From the human T2T-CHM13v2.0 reference genome, Homo sapiens, in NCBI RefSeq assembly GCF_009914755.1, contig NC_060927.1: a stretch of 64,000 nucleotides of DNA; one strand, given 5' to 3'. Position numbers and translations under genes: made by a program. Below, in pieces: positions 1 to 12,435 of the stretch. The stretch's first letter is position 1. Each line of letters begins with the position of its first letter. The notes beneath the pieces were generated by a model. The model saw nothing but the letters and a program-made list of their open reading frames with translations, was not told the origin of the DNA and did no database searches.

Positions 1-2381
1 TCTGACATTATAGTAATATGTACAGAGAATAATTTAAAATTATAATTTATGGGTCTTTAAAAGGTTTTGTTCCTAACAACATTTATAAAAATTTATTGTA
101 CTATTGTAAAGTTTTTTATATATGGGTTTTTTTCCAGCCTCAAATTCTTTTGTGACTTGGAAGAGTATTATGGACAGAAGCTTGGGTACTGCTTAAAATT
201 TATGTTTTTAGAAGTAGAACTTTTATTTAAAAAAAAAAAAACTTAGGTGCTCATCTTCTTTTCAAATAAGTATAATAAGATGAATGAGAATTTTTACCTA
301 GATTGGCTGTTTTTTAAAAAGTTTGATGTAAAGATTCCCAGTTTTAAGCTTTTAAAATTCAATAAAAAGCAAATAGTTTTTCTTAAGATTTCTATAAAAT
401 GATTAATAAAAATCATTATAGTGATGCAGAATATTTTGTTGGTTTATGCTGCTTAGCAGCTTTTTACTCATAAACCCTTAATTTTGCTGTACAGACATAT
501 TTAGCTATTACAAATATTTAAGTTTACAAAACAAGAATCATTAAATTGGAGTTTGACCAGAATATTGATGTCTGATTGCTTTAAAATATAATTTGAATAT
601 CCTAGCCTTTTCATGTAGAAAAATGAGGTTCAAAAGAAGAGAAAAATAATACTCTATAACTTTATTCTCAGTTAAGCTAGAACCATGCAAGAAAATATTT
701 AAACTGGTCTGATAGTTTCATGTTTTTCTTTTCTTTTCTTTTACCAAGAATATATGCATGAAAAGAACCTTTTATTTAAAAAGATGTTCCTGGCAGCCTG
801 CTCAACACTTTAAATTTTATCAGTTTAGTACCTGCTGATGCGTCTAAAACTGTTGGTCCCATTCTAGTTTTATACTTACATATGTAGTATTAAAAGCACT
901 TAAGAGAAATGTAGAATATATAATCTTTATAAAAGTATTAAAGGAATTATTTAAATTGAATTTGTATCCCATTTATCTTGCTTGCTAAATAGATTTAATT
1001 GGAGCATCCATTTGTATAACGTCTGGCTATTTCTACAATGTTAAAACAGTGGGTTGAGGAAGTAAAATTTGAGTTACTCAGTTACTGACATAGAAAAGAA
1101 CCCTGTGAGACCAAATTCAGCTTTGGAAACAATTTAGTGTAATTATTTTGCATATGTAGATACACCTTTGAAAGCCAAGAAAGGTTTATGATTGGATCTG
1201 TACTATATTAATTTAAAAACAAATTATTCTTAAGTATATTGTAGCATTTCTGTTCCTGTAAGTACTTTACTCATCTTAAATGTACTGATCATTAGCCACC
1301 TTTATAAAAAGAATGTGCCTGACCCACTAGTATTTGATAGAAATATTAAAACAGTTAAGATCCTTAAACATTTCTGCATATAATTTTTTATTGAGTAAAT
1401 GTAACTTAACGTAAGTAGTTCTATGAAGTCTGTGTAAATTAAAACCCTGTTTTGTGTAGATGAAGCAATCTTTATAAGTTTCTGTCATCAAGACTGTATT
1501 TTGTGTGCTATTTTTCCATAGCTAGGAAGGTGGCAAGTAAAACATATGCACTATCCTAGAAACATACTGTTCCAGGTAGATCTTAATTTACTACCTGGAA
1601 TGAGCCATCTTAGGTGACCACCATTCTGCACCAATACCTAGTACATAATACTTTAGTTTTAAAGTAAACTAGAGCTGTCTTCTACCCTGAGTTTATTCCA
1701 TGTCTATAAAAGAGGGAACTTCCAATTTGTGACTTTTTGAACTTTTGAGTTTTTGTATGTGTTTAAGTAAATGACGATAGGCCTGTCCTATTAACCCTAA
1801 CAAAAACCTTACTGTGATACGGTTATTTTAACAGTATTAGTATGTATATATGTAGAAAGTATTCATGGGGCCAAACAACAGTCTTTTCCACTATATAATC
1901 AACTAAAGATCAAACTATTGGTAAAATTTGACATTTGTGTAGAATTCATTTTGAATGTAGTGATTTGGGATGCTAATCAAACCCCAGGTAACTGTTTTTT
2001 TTAGCTGGTTTTAAGGATCCCAAGTGCATGCTTTTTAGCCGTAGAATACACAAAATGTCTATGTGTTTGTAGAGATGGATTTCTGAATTCAGCTTAGACA
2101 GTAGAGAGCACCCTAAAGGATATTCTAAGTAGATTGGGAAAGCAATTTATATTCATTTTGCTTTTAAAAGAATCTGTTAGTTAAGGACAGAATTTGAGAA
2201 TTCATATAGATTGGAAGTGAAGACAAATGTTTGTCGTATGTGAAAAGTGTAATATATACATAAATTAGTAGTTTATTTATATACATTTTCTTGAATGTAG
2301 ATTTATCTAATTTTTAAAACCTTAAAGTTAATAGTGAATTCTTCATTTTTACCAGAGTTCATTTTAAACATGTTTGTTTAG

Positions 2382-2448
2382 GTTTTACTGCAATCACAGC
2401 AACCAACCCCATTTGGCTTATAAAGACTCGGTTACAGCTTGATGCAAG
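2382..2448 (+). CDS. SLC25A36: SLC25A36 internal coding exon (third-last, 67 nt)
   Basis: Acceptor tgtttgtttAG (2380-2381) and donor AAG|GTATGT (2449). Translates (G)[21 protein letters not shown](R), the second carrier-repeat signature with W at the normally acidic position. Splices in frame to the next exon. Confidence 0.96.
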
Positions 2449-2931
2449 GTATGTTAATTCCTTAAAATAAAATTGGTTAAAGTGGATTTAACTAATTTTT
2501 TTTCTACAAAGTTTTTCTTTCCTTTGCTGCTGAATTTGTTTGTTGTTGTAGTTTAATTTTGAAACTTGGGTCTGCCATCAGAAAAAAGATAATGTAAGAG
2601 TTGACAATATGAACTTTTCCAGGTGAAAAAAGTATATTATTAATATGTGTTGTTTTGTTTTGTTTTGTTTTAAAAAGAGTGGCTAGAAAGATACCATAGA
2701 GAAACAAAGGAAAGAAAGAGATAGATTAACCCAGCCCAAAAGGTAATACTTTCCTTACATGGGTACTTATAATTGGCCTCGCAGAAGCTAAGTAAGCCAC
2801 AAGGTCAGCTAGTCTAGACTGAATCTTTGAGGATCATTGCTCAAATTTAGTGACCTTGTGAATAGAGAACCCTAGGCTGACAGACAGTTCTCATATATCG
2901 TCTGTTACCACTGACCACTTTATAATAGCAA

Positions 2932-3240
2932 GATTCATTCATTCAACAAATCTATATTAGCAGATACTGCTACGTCTTAGAGATGCACCAGGAAACAGTG
3001 GGGACTTATTTTAAATGGAATAATCAAGGAAAGGTTTTTTGAACCCATTTTAAGCTGAGGAACCAATCGGTGCAAACCTCAGAGGTTCTAAAGTGTAGGG
3101 CCTTTGGTGTTCTGGGAACTGAGAGTAGGCCAAAAGCAGTGCTGCGTAGGGTCTTGCCATCTCAACTCTCCTACTGGCTTTAGAATAGAGACTCTTAAGT
3201 AACGAGATGGTCCTATCTTATATGTTACAATAATAATGTT
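2932..3240 (-). mobile_element. L2 LINE 3' fragment
   Basis: attcattcattcaacaaa is the typical reverse-complement L2 3' end. Extent approximate. Confidence 0.55.
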
Positions 3241-3831
3241 AATGGTTTTAAACTATTTTAGACTTTCAGTCTGGAGTAGGTTCTGTGTATAACATGTTTC
3301 TACTGTTTTTATATTTTGGTGTTTGGGAAATAGTGTTATGTCCTATAGGCTTTAGGTAAAACTGATCTAATAAATCATTAACAATTATGCCTGCTTAAAT
3401 ATCTGTTTTCCATCTTCTGTTATGTTGAACTATATACTATTTGGAAACTTGAAAAGAAATATCTAATTGTTTCATCTGAAATAGATCTTTTAATGAAATC
3501 TTAAGTGTTGTAGCAAAACTCCAAGTTTATTTCTTAAAGCCACATATCTGAAAAGTAGTGGTAGCTAAGACTTATTCCAAAGATTAGAAAGTACAAGATG
3601 CTAGTCCACATTATTCTATTGTAAACTACCAGAGTTAGGTTTCACTATGTTTAGCGTTGCTCTATGAGGAATCCAGGAAAAGCATGACTTAAAACTCTTT
3701 AATATTATTTTTTTCCACTTATAATTGTAACACAAGCTGGCACAATTCTTAGGCTTGTGGGGTTGGGGAATTGGATAGGGGTGGGGTAATAATGAAAGGT
3801 TGACTTGAGGATTCTGGTTTATAAGGCTGAG

Positions 3832-4112
3832 GGCTGAGCGCAGTGGATCATGCCTGTAATCCCAGAGCTTTGAGAGGCCAGGGCAGGAGGATTGCTTGAG
3901 GCCAGGAGTTTAAGAACAGCCTGGGCAACATTGCAAGACTTAATCTCTATAAAAAATGCATGCCTATAATCCTAGCTACCTGGGAGGCTGAGGTGGGAGG
4001 ATTGCTTGAGCCCAGGAGTTTGAGGCTGCAGTGAGCCATGATTGCACCATGGAGACTCCATCTGTTAAAAAAGAAAAAAAAGAAAAAGAAAAAAATTAAT
4101 AAAAAAATAAAA
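3832..4112 (+). mobile_element. AluJ with internal deletions
   Basis: ggaggattgcttgag in both arms, A-rich tail, approximate TSD ataaggctga (3821-3830) / atagggctga (4113-4122). Confidence 0.9.
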
Positions 4113-5168
4113 ATAGGGCTGATATGTCACCTTTCAGGATTTGTATCTCTTTTAACTTTCTTGTGAGGAAGGATCTTTAATGAAACTAGTTACAGTTGGT
4201 TTGTGGATCATTTATCTAATAGGTATTCAATATCTAAAGACAATCCATTCATAAAACTGGTGGAATCTGTAGGTAATTAAGTGGGTGTTGTAGTTGTGAT
4301 TTTATTTTATGTCAGAAACAAGTTAGGTATAATTTATAAATAGGTAAATTTTCTGTTTTTTTAGTAGGTAGCATTTAAACCTGTCTCTTATAGATAAGGA
4401 CCTGTTGGGGGAATCAGTGTAAGGTAACAAATATTGTTAAAACTCAAAATTACATGTGTAGGAGATGTTGTATTCTATAAGAGTAGGTGCTGCCCCCTTA
4501 AGTAGAACTAAGGAAATTGTATTAGGAAGAGTACTGAATAAATATAACACTACAGTTTCTCATTTACTAGTCACCAGGGAGACTGATATGACCATTGCCT
4601 TTAAATGATCATAGGGAATTTGACTTACATTCACCCTATCACTTCTTGGGAGAATATGAGTGGGGTTGAAAGAGAATCCCTCAGGTGCACAGAATTTTAG
4701 TTAATCATACTGCCTGGTTTATGATATTCTATCATCATTAGTGTCTCAGTCATTCTATTTGTGTTACTAAATGCAAAGGAAATTCAGCTTACTTAGAACT
4801 GGAATTAATACAGTGTGAGGATTTTTGTTTACTTTGTTTTGTTTTTGTCTTGAGCTGCAGTCAGGGTGTATAGTTCCTAAAGGATTTTGTTGCTTATCCC
4901 TGCCATGTGAACCCCAATGAGGACATGAGACCGAAGATTCAGTGTAGTGCATTTTGCATTCAGTAAAATAAACTATTTACATATCACCCATTTAATATGA
5001 CAAATTTGGGACAAAAGAATAGGAAATCTAAAATATGAATATTGTTTTAAAATTCTAATTCTTCATGAGTTAAAGAAGGCCATTCTTTTATTATTATAAT
5101 GACATATTTTATTATATTTTACTTACTTTAAAAAACCTATCAGTAAGATGTTTCTTTTTGCTTTTCAG

Positions 5169-5458
5169 GAACCGCGGGGAAAGGCGAATGGGTGCTTTTG
5201 AATGTGTTCGTAAAGTGTATCAGACAGATGGACTAAAAGGATTTTATAGGGGCATGTCTGCTTCATATGCTGGTATATCAGAGACTGTTATCCATTTTGT
5301 TATTTATGAAAGTATAAAACAAAAACTACTGGAATATAAGACTGCTTCTACAATGGAAAATGATGAAGAGTCTGTGAAAGAAGCATCAGATTTTGTGGGA
5401 ATGATGCTAGCTGCTGCCACCTCAAAAACTTGTGCCACAACTATAGCATATCCACATG
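5169..5458 (+). CDS. SLC25A36: SLC25A36 penultimate coding exon (290 nt)
   Basis: Acceptor cttttcAG (5167-5168) and donor ATG|GTAAGA (5459). Encodes [28 protein letters not shown]...TIAYPH, including the carrier DGxxGFYRG motif. Confidence 0.97.
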
Positions 5459-5644
5459 GTAAGAAGAGTTATCTATTAAATCAGAAATATTTTCCCACCC
5501 CAGCCAACAGCTCACTTATTAAAGCATTTATAATTTTACTGCATTCTGGTATAACAAAATACAATTATTGGGAGTTCATAATGAGATTAAATCTGGTTAA
5601 GTAATGTAGGCTGTATTAATAGGTCAGTATTATGCTATCAAATA

Positions 5645-5970
5645 GCATGGTGGTGATTGAGCATGAGCTCTGAAGTCAGTCAAATTCCAGCCTTACTCAC
5701 TTCAGCTTGGTGACTTTTGGGCAAGTTTCTAAGTTTTGAAAAAAGTATGTATGTAGGTGCTATACTAGATAGTTTACATACATTACTAATCTACATAAAA
5801 ATTCTCTAAAGTACTTATTTTCCCTGTTATGCTAGAACATAACCAGAATTGTTCTCCTTTTCAAATTGAATACTGAAAAGAAATGTAAACATGAAATAAC
5901 TTGCCCAAGGTCACATACCTACTTAATGGTGAAGCCCAAATTTGAATTAAAGTCTGTAATCCCAAAGACC
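5645..5970. mobile_element. Two MIR fragments in opposite orientation
   Basis: gtgacttttgggcaagtt (+, ~5710) and aacttgcccaaggtcaca (-, ~5898) MIR core motifs. Confidence 0.6.
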
Positions 5971-6548
5971 AAGCTATTTTACATTATTTCATGTTGGCAA
6001 ATAAGTATGTGTTAATAATTCCTTTTATTTCTGTATTTAAATTTTATAATAGCCTATTTCATTAATAGCTAGGTAAATCACTTAAGAATTTATCTGCTAC
6101 ATGCTGAGGTTTTTTGGTAGCTTTTTTGGTTGTTTTAAGTGTCGCTTTTGATTTTTGCATGTTTAAGATTTGTTTTTTAATGTAAGCGCTTCATTTTTGT
6201 TCACTTACACTGATTAATATTTACCGTCTCCATTGTATATTATATCAGGAAAAATGAGCCAGGCCTAGAAAATGTGTATTTGCTCTAATAGTAATTTATG
6301 AAACCAACTCTTTAACCAGGTTGGACTATGAACTTATCTCAGTTTCCTGAAGGAAGTTCCTGACTTTTCTAAAAGAAGTCAAAATAGGACAGTATCAGCA
6401 ATATTGTTTAGATACTGACCTATGGGGTAGGTTAGGATGGTGGCCTGCTAAGGTGTAAGGAACAGAGTTTTGGGGTTTAAACAGTCTTTTCCCTTGAAGT
6501 GAGATGATGTCATTACAGGAAGAGGTACAGTTGATAAACAAGATACAT

Positions 6549-6550
<2 letters not shown>

Positions 6551-6587
<37 letters not shown>

Positions 6588-6867
6588 ATAGGATCTCACT
6601 GTGTCACCCAGGCTTGAGTGCAGTCACATGATCATAGCTCCCTGCAACCTTGAACTCCAAGGCTCAATTAATCCTCCTGCCCCAGCCTCCCAAGTAGCTG
6701 GGACTATGAGCTCAGGCCACTATGCCCAGCTAATTTTTTAATTTTTAGTAGAGACATAGTCTTGCTGGGTTCCCCAGGCTGGTCTCAAACTCTGGGCTCA
6801 AGCGATTCTCCCACCTCGGCCTCCCAGAATGCTAGTCAGGCTCAGGCATGAGCCACCACACCTGTCC
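6551..6867 (-). mobile_element. AluJ, antisense, long poly-T
   Basis: Poly-T 6551-6587 then Alu body ending gagccaccacacctgtcc. Degenerate TSD aaacaagatacatt / aaacaggacatt. Confidence 0.92.
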
Positions 6868-7718
6868 AAACAGGACATTTTGGAGTTAAATGGCACGAAT
6901 CTTTAAGACAGAACAGATTTCAAGTAAATAGTTACAATTGCTGTGGGTTGCTTTAGACTATTTCCCTAGGCCCATCTGGAATACTGTGCTGAAAAAATTT
7001 GAGGAATAGTGGATGTAAAAAAAAGTAGTTACATAGGAAGCTGTGAGTTCTTGTCCCAGCTTCTACCCACAACTGGCCAAAATTTCTCAGTAGCTCCAAT
7101 TTCTCACCTTTTAAAATGAGGAAAAATTGGACTGACTAATCTTTAAGGTTCATTCAGCTCTTAAAAATTTATTATTTTTGCTTACCTGATTCCCAGACTG
7201 GGTTTTATAGCTGGCAGCTAGTGTTTGGAACATTGTCAACTTCTTTGTCCACATGATGTTTCACATTCATATATGTGGACTGTTTTGAATAGATTAATAA
7301 TGCTATTGTTTCTTTGTAGTACTCACTTTAAACAAATCTTTTCTGCTTGTTTCTCACTGTATCCTTTTTATATTCATCCTGGATGCCACCTCTTTACTGC
7401 CTCTTCACCTTTTCCTCCTTCTCATTTCTATTCTTCCTTTTATCTGTTTATCTAGCATACAACTGATACTTCTCTCTTGTTATATTGTGTCTTTTTACAT
7501 TCAAAGACTATAAAGTCTATAATTAATGTACATGATTTTGGCCATATTAGAAGTTTGATGTTACTATAATGTGACTGGTTTCAATAAGCTACACATTAGA
7601 AGCCATCCTTTTTTATCCTGAGCTTACACTTACAGACTGATAAATGGGATGTGCTCAGTTATAATTAGAAGAGTGTAAAGATATCAGTAATGTTTAATTT
7701 TATTTCTTTCCTACACAG

Positions 7719-7912
7719 AAGTTGTAAGAACAAGACTACGTGAAGAGGGAACAAAATACAGATCTTTTTTTCAGACTCTATCTTTGCTTGTTCAAGAAGA
7801 AGGTTATGGGTCTCTTTATCGTGGTCTGACAACTCATCTAGTGAGACAGATTCCAAACACAGCCATTATGATGGCCACCTATGAATTGGTGGTTTACCTA
7901 CTCAATGGATAG
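7719..7912 (+). CDS. SLC25A36: SLC25A36 terminal coding exon, to stop TAG 7910-7912
   Basis: Pyrimidine tract plus cAG (7717-7718). Reads (E)[63 protein letters not shown], the third carrier repeat and C-terminus. Confidence 0.97.
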
Positions 7913-10900
7913 CAGCACGAGGACTGCTGTACTGCAAAAAAAGAAGACCAAAAGATTACAGTGGACCATGGGATACAGAAGCCAGCATGGCAGACAGAAG
8001 AAAAATAGTTTGGGAACATGTAACTATTCTAAGTGGAAGTTTTGTTGTAGGAATTATAGTAATCACACCACATTACTTGGCCTTTCGGTAATGTGAAAAA
8101 AAAAAAAAAACCTCAGAGCCTCCAAGGAAATGCCTTTAGAAGCACTCCTCTCTCAAAATTGCCATTTTCTCTACCATGTCCCCCAGACACAGTTGGGTTT
8201 TGTTGATTTATGGCAGTCTTCTAAACAAAGCCATCCTTAATTTTACATACTGTATTGTAACTATCCAAAGATAGTATTGGCAGTCATAAATTTATAACTT
8301 CTGGCCTTTGTTTAATTCCAGTAAAATAACAGCAATGACAATGAGATCGTCAGTATTATTTTCACATTTCCCTGAGAGGACCTGGCACAATATTTTAAAT
8401 TTAATTATTTGGCAGTAGTCACTGTTTTTGACAACCAATGAAATAGCGTCTAAATATCTTGTATATTTTTTAGCATCAAAATGTTTTGGTTTCCACTGCT
8501 GACAGGTGCTTGTTGTTTAGCCTAATGTGGATATTTAAATTGTTAACATACCAAACACACATGGTAATAGTTTGGGACAAAATAACTAGTAAAATGTTGA
8601 TTTCTCGGCTATTTCACTGACTGCGGCATGTCCTCGTGTCTTCTCTGATTTTGTGGTACATGAATGAATGCATTTATCTTTTTAGTGACTTACTAGTTAC
8701 GAACTTGAATTATCACCTCTTTGTCATACTTAAGTATCATTTACATAAAGTGTAAAAGATTTTTTCACTTTTGAATCTTTACCTACTTGCTTTCACATTA
8801 AGAATTTGAACTTTTGAGTTTTTTCCAGGTCTATATATAATAGATTACATTTATTTTGTAAAGAAAATAGTAATTTAAAGTTTTGCCATTTTAAGGTGAC
8901 AATATTTGGGACAGTATAAATATTATAGACAAGGGCCCCCTTGCTGTCTGCTTTAGCAGGTAGTGACATTAATTGACTTATAGTTTTGTGTAAATGAACA
9001 AACTGCTTTTGACAAGAAATTTATTCTGTCCTAGTTTCCTGCGTGGTAAATCATAGAAAGATTCAAGTTCATTTGGGTTAAATGTGCTAATAGGATGTAG
9101 CTTTTAAATTCTGCTATTGAGTCAGCTGTACCTTTTAATACTTTAAATGTGTTATTTGTATGGCCCTTATAAAGGTGTTTGCTGTAATTCTGTTAAAAGA
9201 CTTCGCCTATGCCATACTGGTGTATAAAAACTGCCGCAATTGGACGCCGGTGTGGTACTCATTTCAGTATACCTGAACTGTACATTTTGTGCAATGGCTT
9301 TATCTAAAAGAATGACGCTTCGTGAAAGCACTTTGTGGCCTTTTTTGGGGGGGAGGGTGAGAGAGTAGGAGAGAATACCATGTTAAGATTAAAAAAAAAA
9401 ACAAAAACATTGGTCATGTATTAGGCAGAAACAGTGTTCATAACATTTTTCTGGGTTTTAAATATGTTGTTTCGGATATCCTTAATATAAATGTTTTAGG
9501 TATTCTGTGTACCCTGTCGTACCCCCAACATTATAGAATATTGCAGTGTGTCATTGCAAGCTTTCTCTGCTGTCACCAGTGAAACATAGTGCCCTGTTAA
9601 ATTCCCCCACTTTAACTTCCTTGTGATCAACAGTAACTGGATGTTTTTGAGGTGCTCAATTGGAATAAAAATATTCCAATCTATTTGGAGACCAAAGGCA
9701 AAATCAGTTTTCTTACCTTTGGAATTATTCGTACCTTTTATGGTAAATTTCAGCTTTGACATGTATTATGAGGAACGTACCAAAAACCGGTTTGTAACAA
9801 ATCTGTAGAGAAGGTCTGAATCTATCGTGTTTGCCTTTTCAGGTGCCATTTCTACTGCCTAATACAGTGCCATTTGCCTTGTGAAGACCCATAAACATTC
9901 ATTGTGTTGAATGTAAGATAGAGACTCTCCCTAGTCTTACTGATCTCAGTACCCCACAAATGATTAAGAATGATATGAAAACCAGCAGCTAAGGAACATC
10001 TTATTATTTAGTTGTAGCATATTCATAACAAGTGTCCTTCAAGGATAAACATATATTCTCTATTTGTATTTAGCAAGTAAAACTTGTGTTGACCTTTAGT
10101 GCATTATATTCAGCTTTTAACAGTATTATGTATGTACTGGAAAGCAAAGAAATCTTAGAGTCTTGGACATTGTTTATTTGTGCAACAACTAGAAAGGAGC
10201 AATGAAGTTTATTTCAGTTGTATTTTTCCCTAAGCACAATCTGCAATAGTTTATGTATGACAGAGATAATTCAAAAAGGAAAACTATATATAAAAGTTGT
10301 ATATAAAGTTTGTCTCTGAAATATTTCTTTGAAGTTTTTAAAAAATTGACTCATGTTTAAAAACAAAAACACATATTCAGAGCATTGGACTTTTTTAACT
10401 TGTTTTCATCTGTTTATCATGACTTTTTTATTTCTGGTGTAGAGTCCACATTATTTAGTTTGTTGTACTTTTAAATTTCAAAGTTCAAATCTGAAGAATT
10501 AGCGTTTGTGATTTCGGGATACCATGCAGTGGTTTTAATCCCAGGAAAAAAACTATCAACAAAAGTTCGTTTGATTCTCATTATGTAACTTTGTAGAACC
10601 ATCCTTTCTAGATGGGTCCACCACAGTGAATTTGTAACTTTGAAGTCAGGATAGAATATCATTAGATTATCTGTGAGATAGCATTACTATGTTAGGACCA
10701 GCAGAGTTTGGGTTGGTAAAAATAATGTTTGCTCTATTACTGGGTTACAGACATTTCAGCATTTTTAGGTTGGTTTTAAATCACTAAAAATATTTATTCG
10801 GATTTGAAGGATTTAAGTGCTAAAAATCAATCCATTTCTTGCCCTTCAATAATTGTCCATGCCTGCCTTTTGTTGTTTACATGCTCTTCTGCCCAGACTG

Positions 10901-11378
10901 TTAGTAATCTAGGGACCCCCTTTGGAGCTGATAAGTACAGTTCAGCCTTTTCTCCTCAAATATATAATGACTTTAACATTCCTAAGAATATAGGTATTTC
11001 TGAATGATTTAAATTTGAGGAATTTTAATACATAAAATACAATGTACAAACTTTCTGCCCACTCAGATCTCTTCTCCATCATGTACTTAGTATTTCCCAT
11101 TAACCTACACACTGATTTTTATGCTACTCCTTGTAGAAACAAAATTCTGGTTTGACTCAGTTTTTGTGTTTATAAACTTTTGGAATGTGTACCCCGTTTA
11201 TGTGAAGAATTATGACCTATCAGTCATAGCTAAATAGTGAACCTCAAAAGTGTTAACTTTTGACTATTCATGTGAGGTTTGGTATCTTGCATTTATGTAC
11301 ATGGCTGTAAATTATGTGCATTTACTCTGTATTTATGTTATCTAGCTGACTTTTACTTGAATTGTTCAAATTTTAAAA

Positions 11379-11384
11379 ATTAAA
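11379..11384 (+). terminator. Candidate poly(A) signal ATTAAA
   Basis: Hexamer preceded by several UGUA motifs (around 11296-11330) and followed by U-rich sequence. Confidence 0.6.
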
Positions 11385-12144
11385 ATACGCTCATGAAAAT
11401 ATGGCTTTTTCTGTAATATATCAACATTTTATTGAGAACATAATCACACTTTTTTGGATTATCCTATGTGTGGAACAAAAATCCATTGCCATTTTCAGGT
11501 TAAGTTTTAGGCTCGCTTGATTCAGTCAGCAAACCTTATCTTGAGCACTTTGTATCTGTTAGATCTAGTGATGTCTGAAGGAACCCAAAGGTCAAGTAAT
11601 CCAACTCCCTCATAGTGTACAAAGAAATCTTGCATATCTTCCACAGGTTTATTGACTTTTATCCAACACTTTTCATGTTTTAATTTCAGCCTTTGTGAAA
11701 GTTGATATTAAAAATACAGAGGTGAGAACTTGTTAGAATAACCAAATGAATCCACATAATGTTAGATCAAAATACAAATGACAAAGATAAAATGCTATGT
11801 AGTGCCTACCCTCTTTACATTTTGTCTATTTTATTTAAGTTTTTCTGTATTGTAGTTAACATCAAACATTGTCCAGTCTTGTAGGTGAGGAAACCAGGAC
11901 GAAATATATTTTGTATTTCAACATTGACATAAATCTGAAATTGTTGGTTCTACTAATAGTACTCTGCACTGAAGGCACTGGCAAAATAATGGTTAAAATT
12001 GAGCACAGGTGTTCCAAGTTGTGTGTGTGTGTTTATTACTGAACATTGGGAGCCGTGATAGGGAAGTAATTTGTGAGTTCATGATTTCTTAAGGTTCTAG
12101 TGTGACATTTATACACTGATAAAACTCAGGCAAGCAAAATGTAA

Positions 12145-12287
<143 letters not shown>

Positions 12288-12429
12288 ACTTCCCTTCTGT
12301 TTCTTTATTTTCGCACTGTGTAGACCAGCTGACTGCCTTAATATGTATTGAATCAATTCAAGATTTATGTTCATAGAGTGCTGTGTTTATACAGTGGTGT
12401 CATGTGATTTCTTAATAGCCTATAGATCC

Positions 12430-12435
12430 AATAAA
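12430..12435 (+). terminator. Candidate distal poly(A) signal AATAAA
   Basis: Canonical hexamer followed by GU/U-rich downstream sequence (gtttttga; ctgtgtttttttt at ~12495). Confidence 0.6.

Noticed and set aside
5158-5604. 148-aa ORF as a standalone gene
   Set aside because: It is the 290-nt exon plus intronic run-on. It starts at a TTG in the acceptor tract and carrier similarity ends at the 5459 donor.
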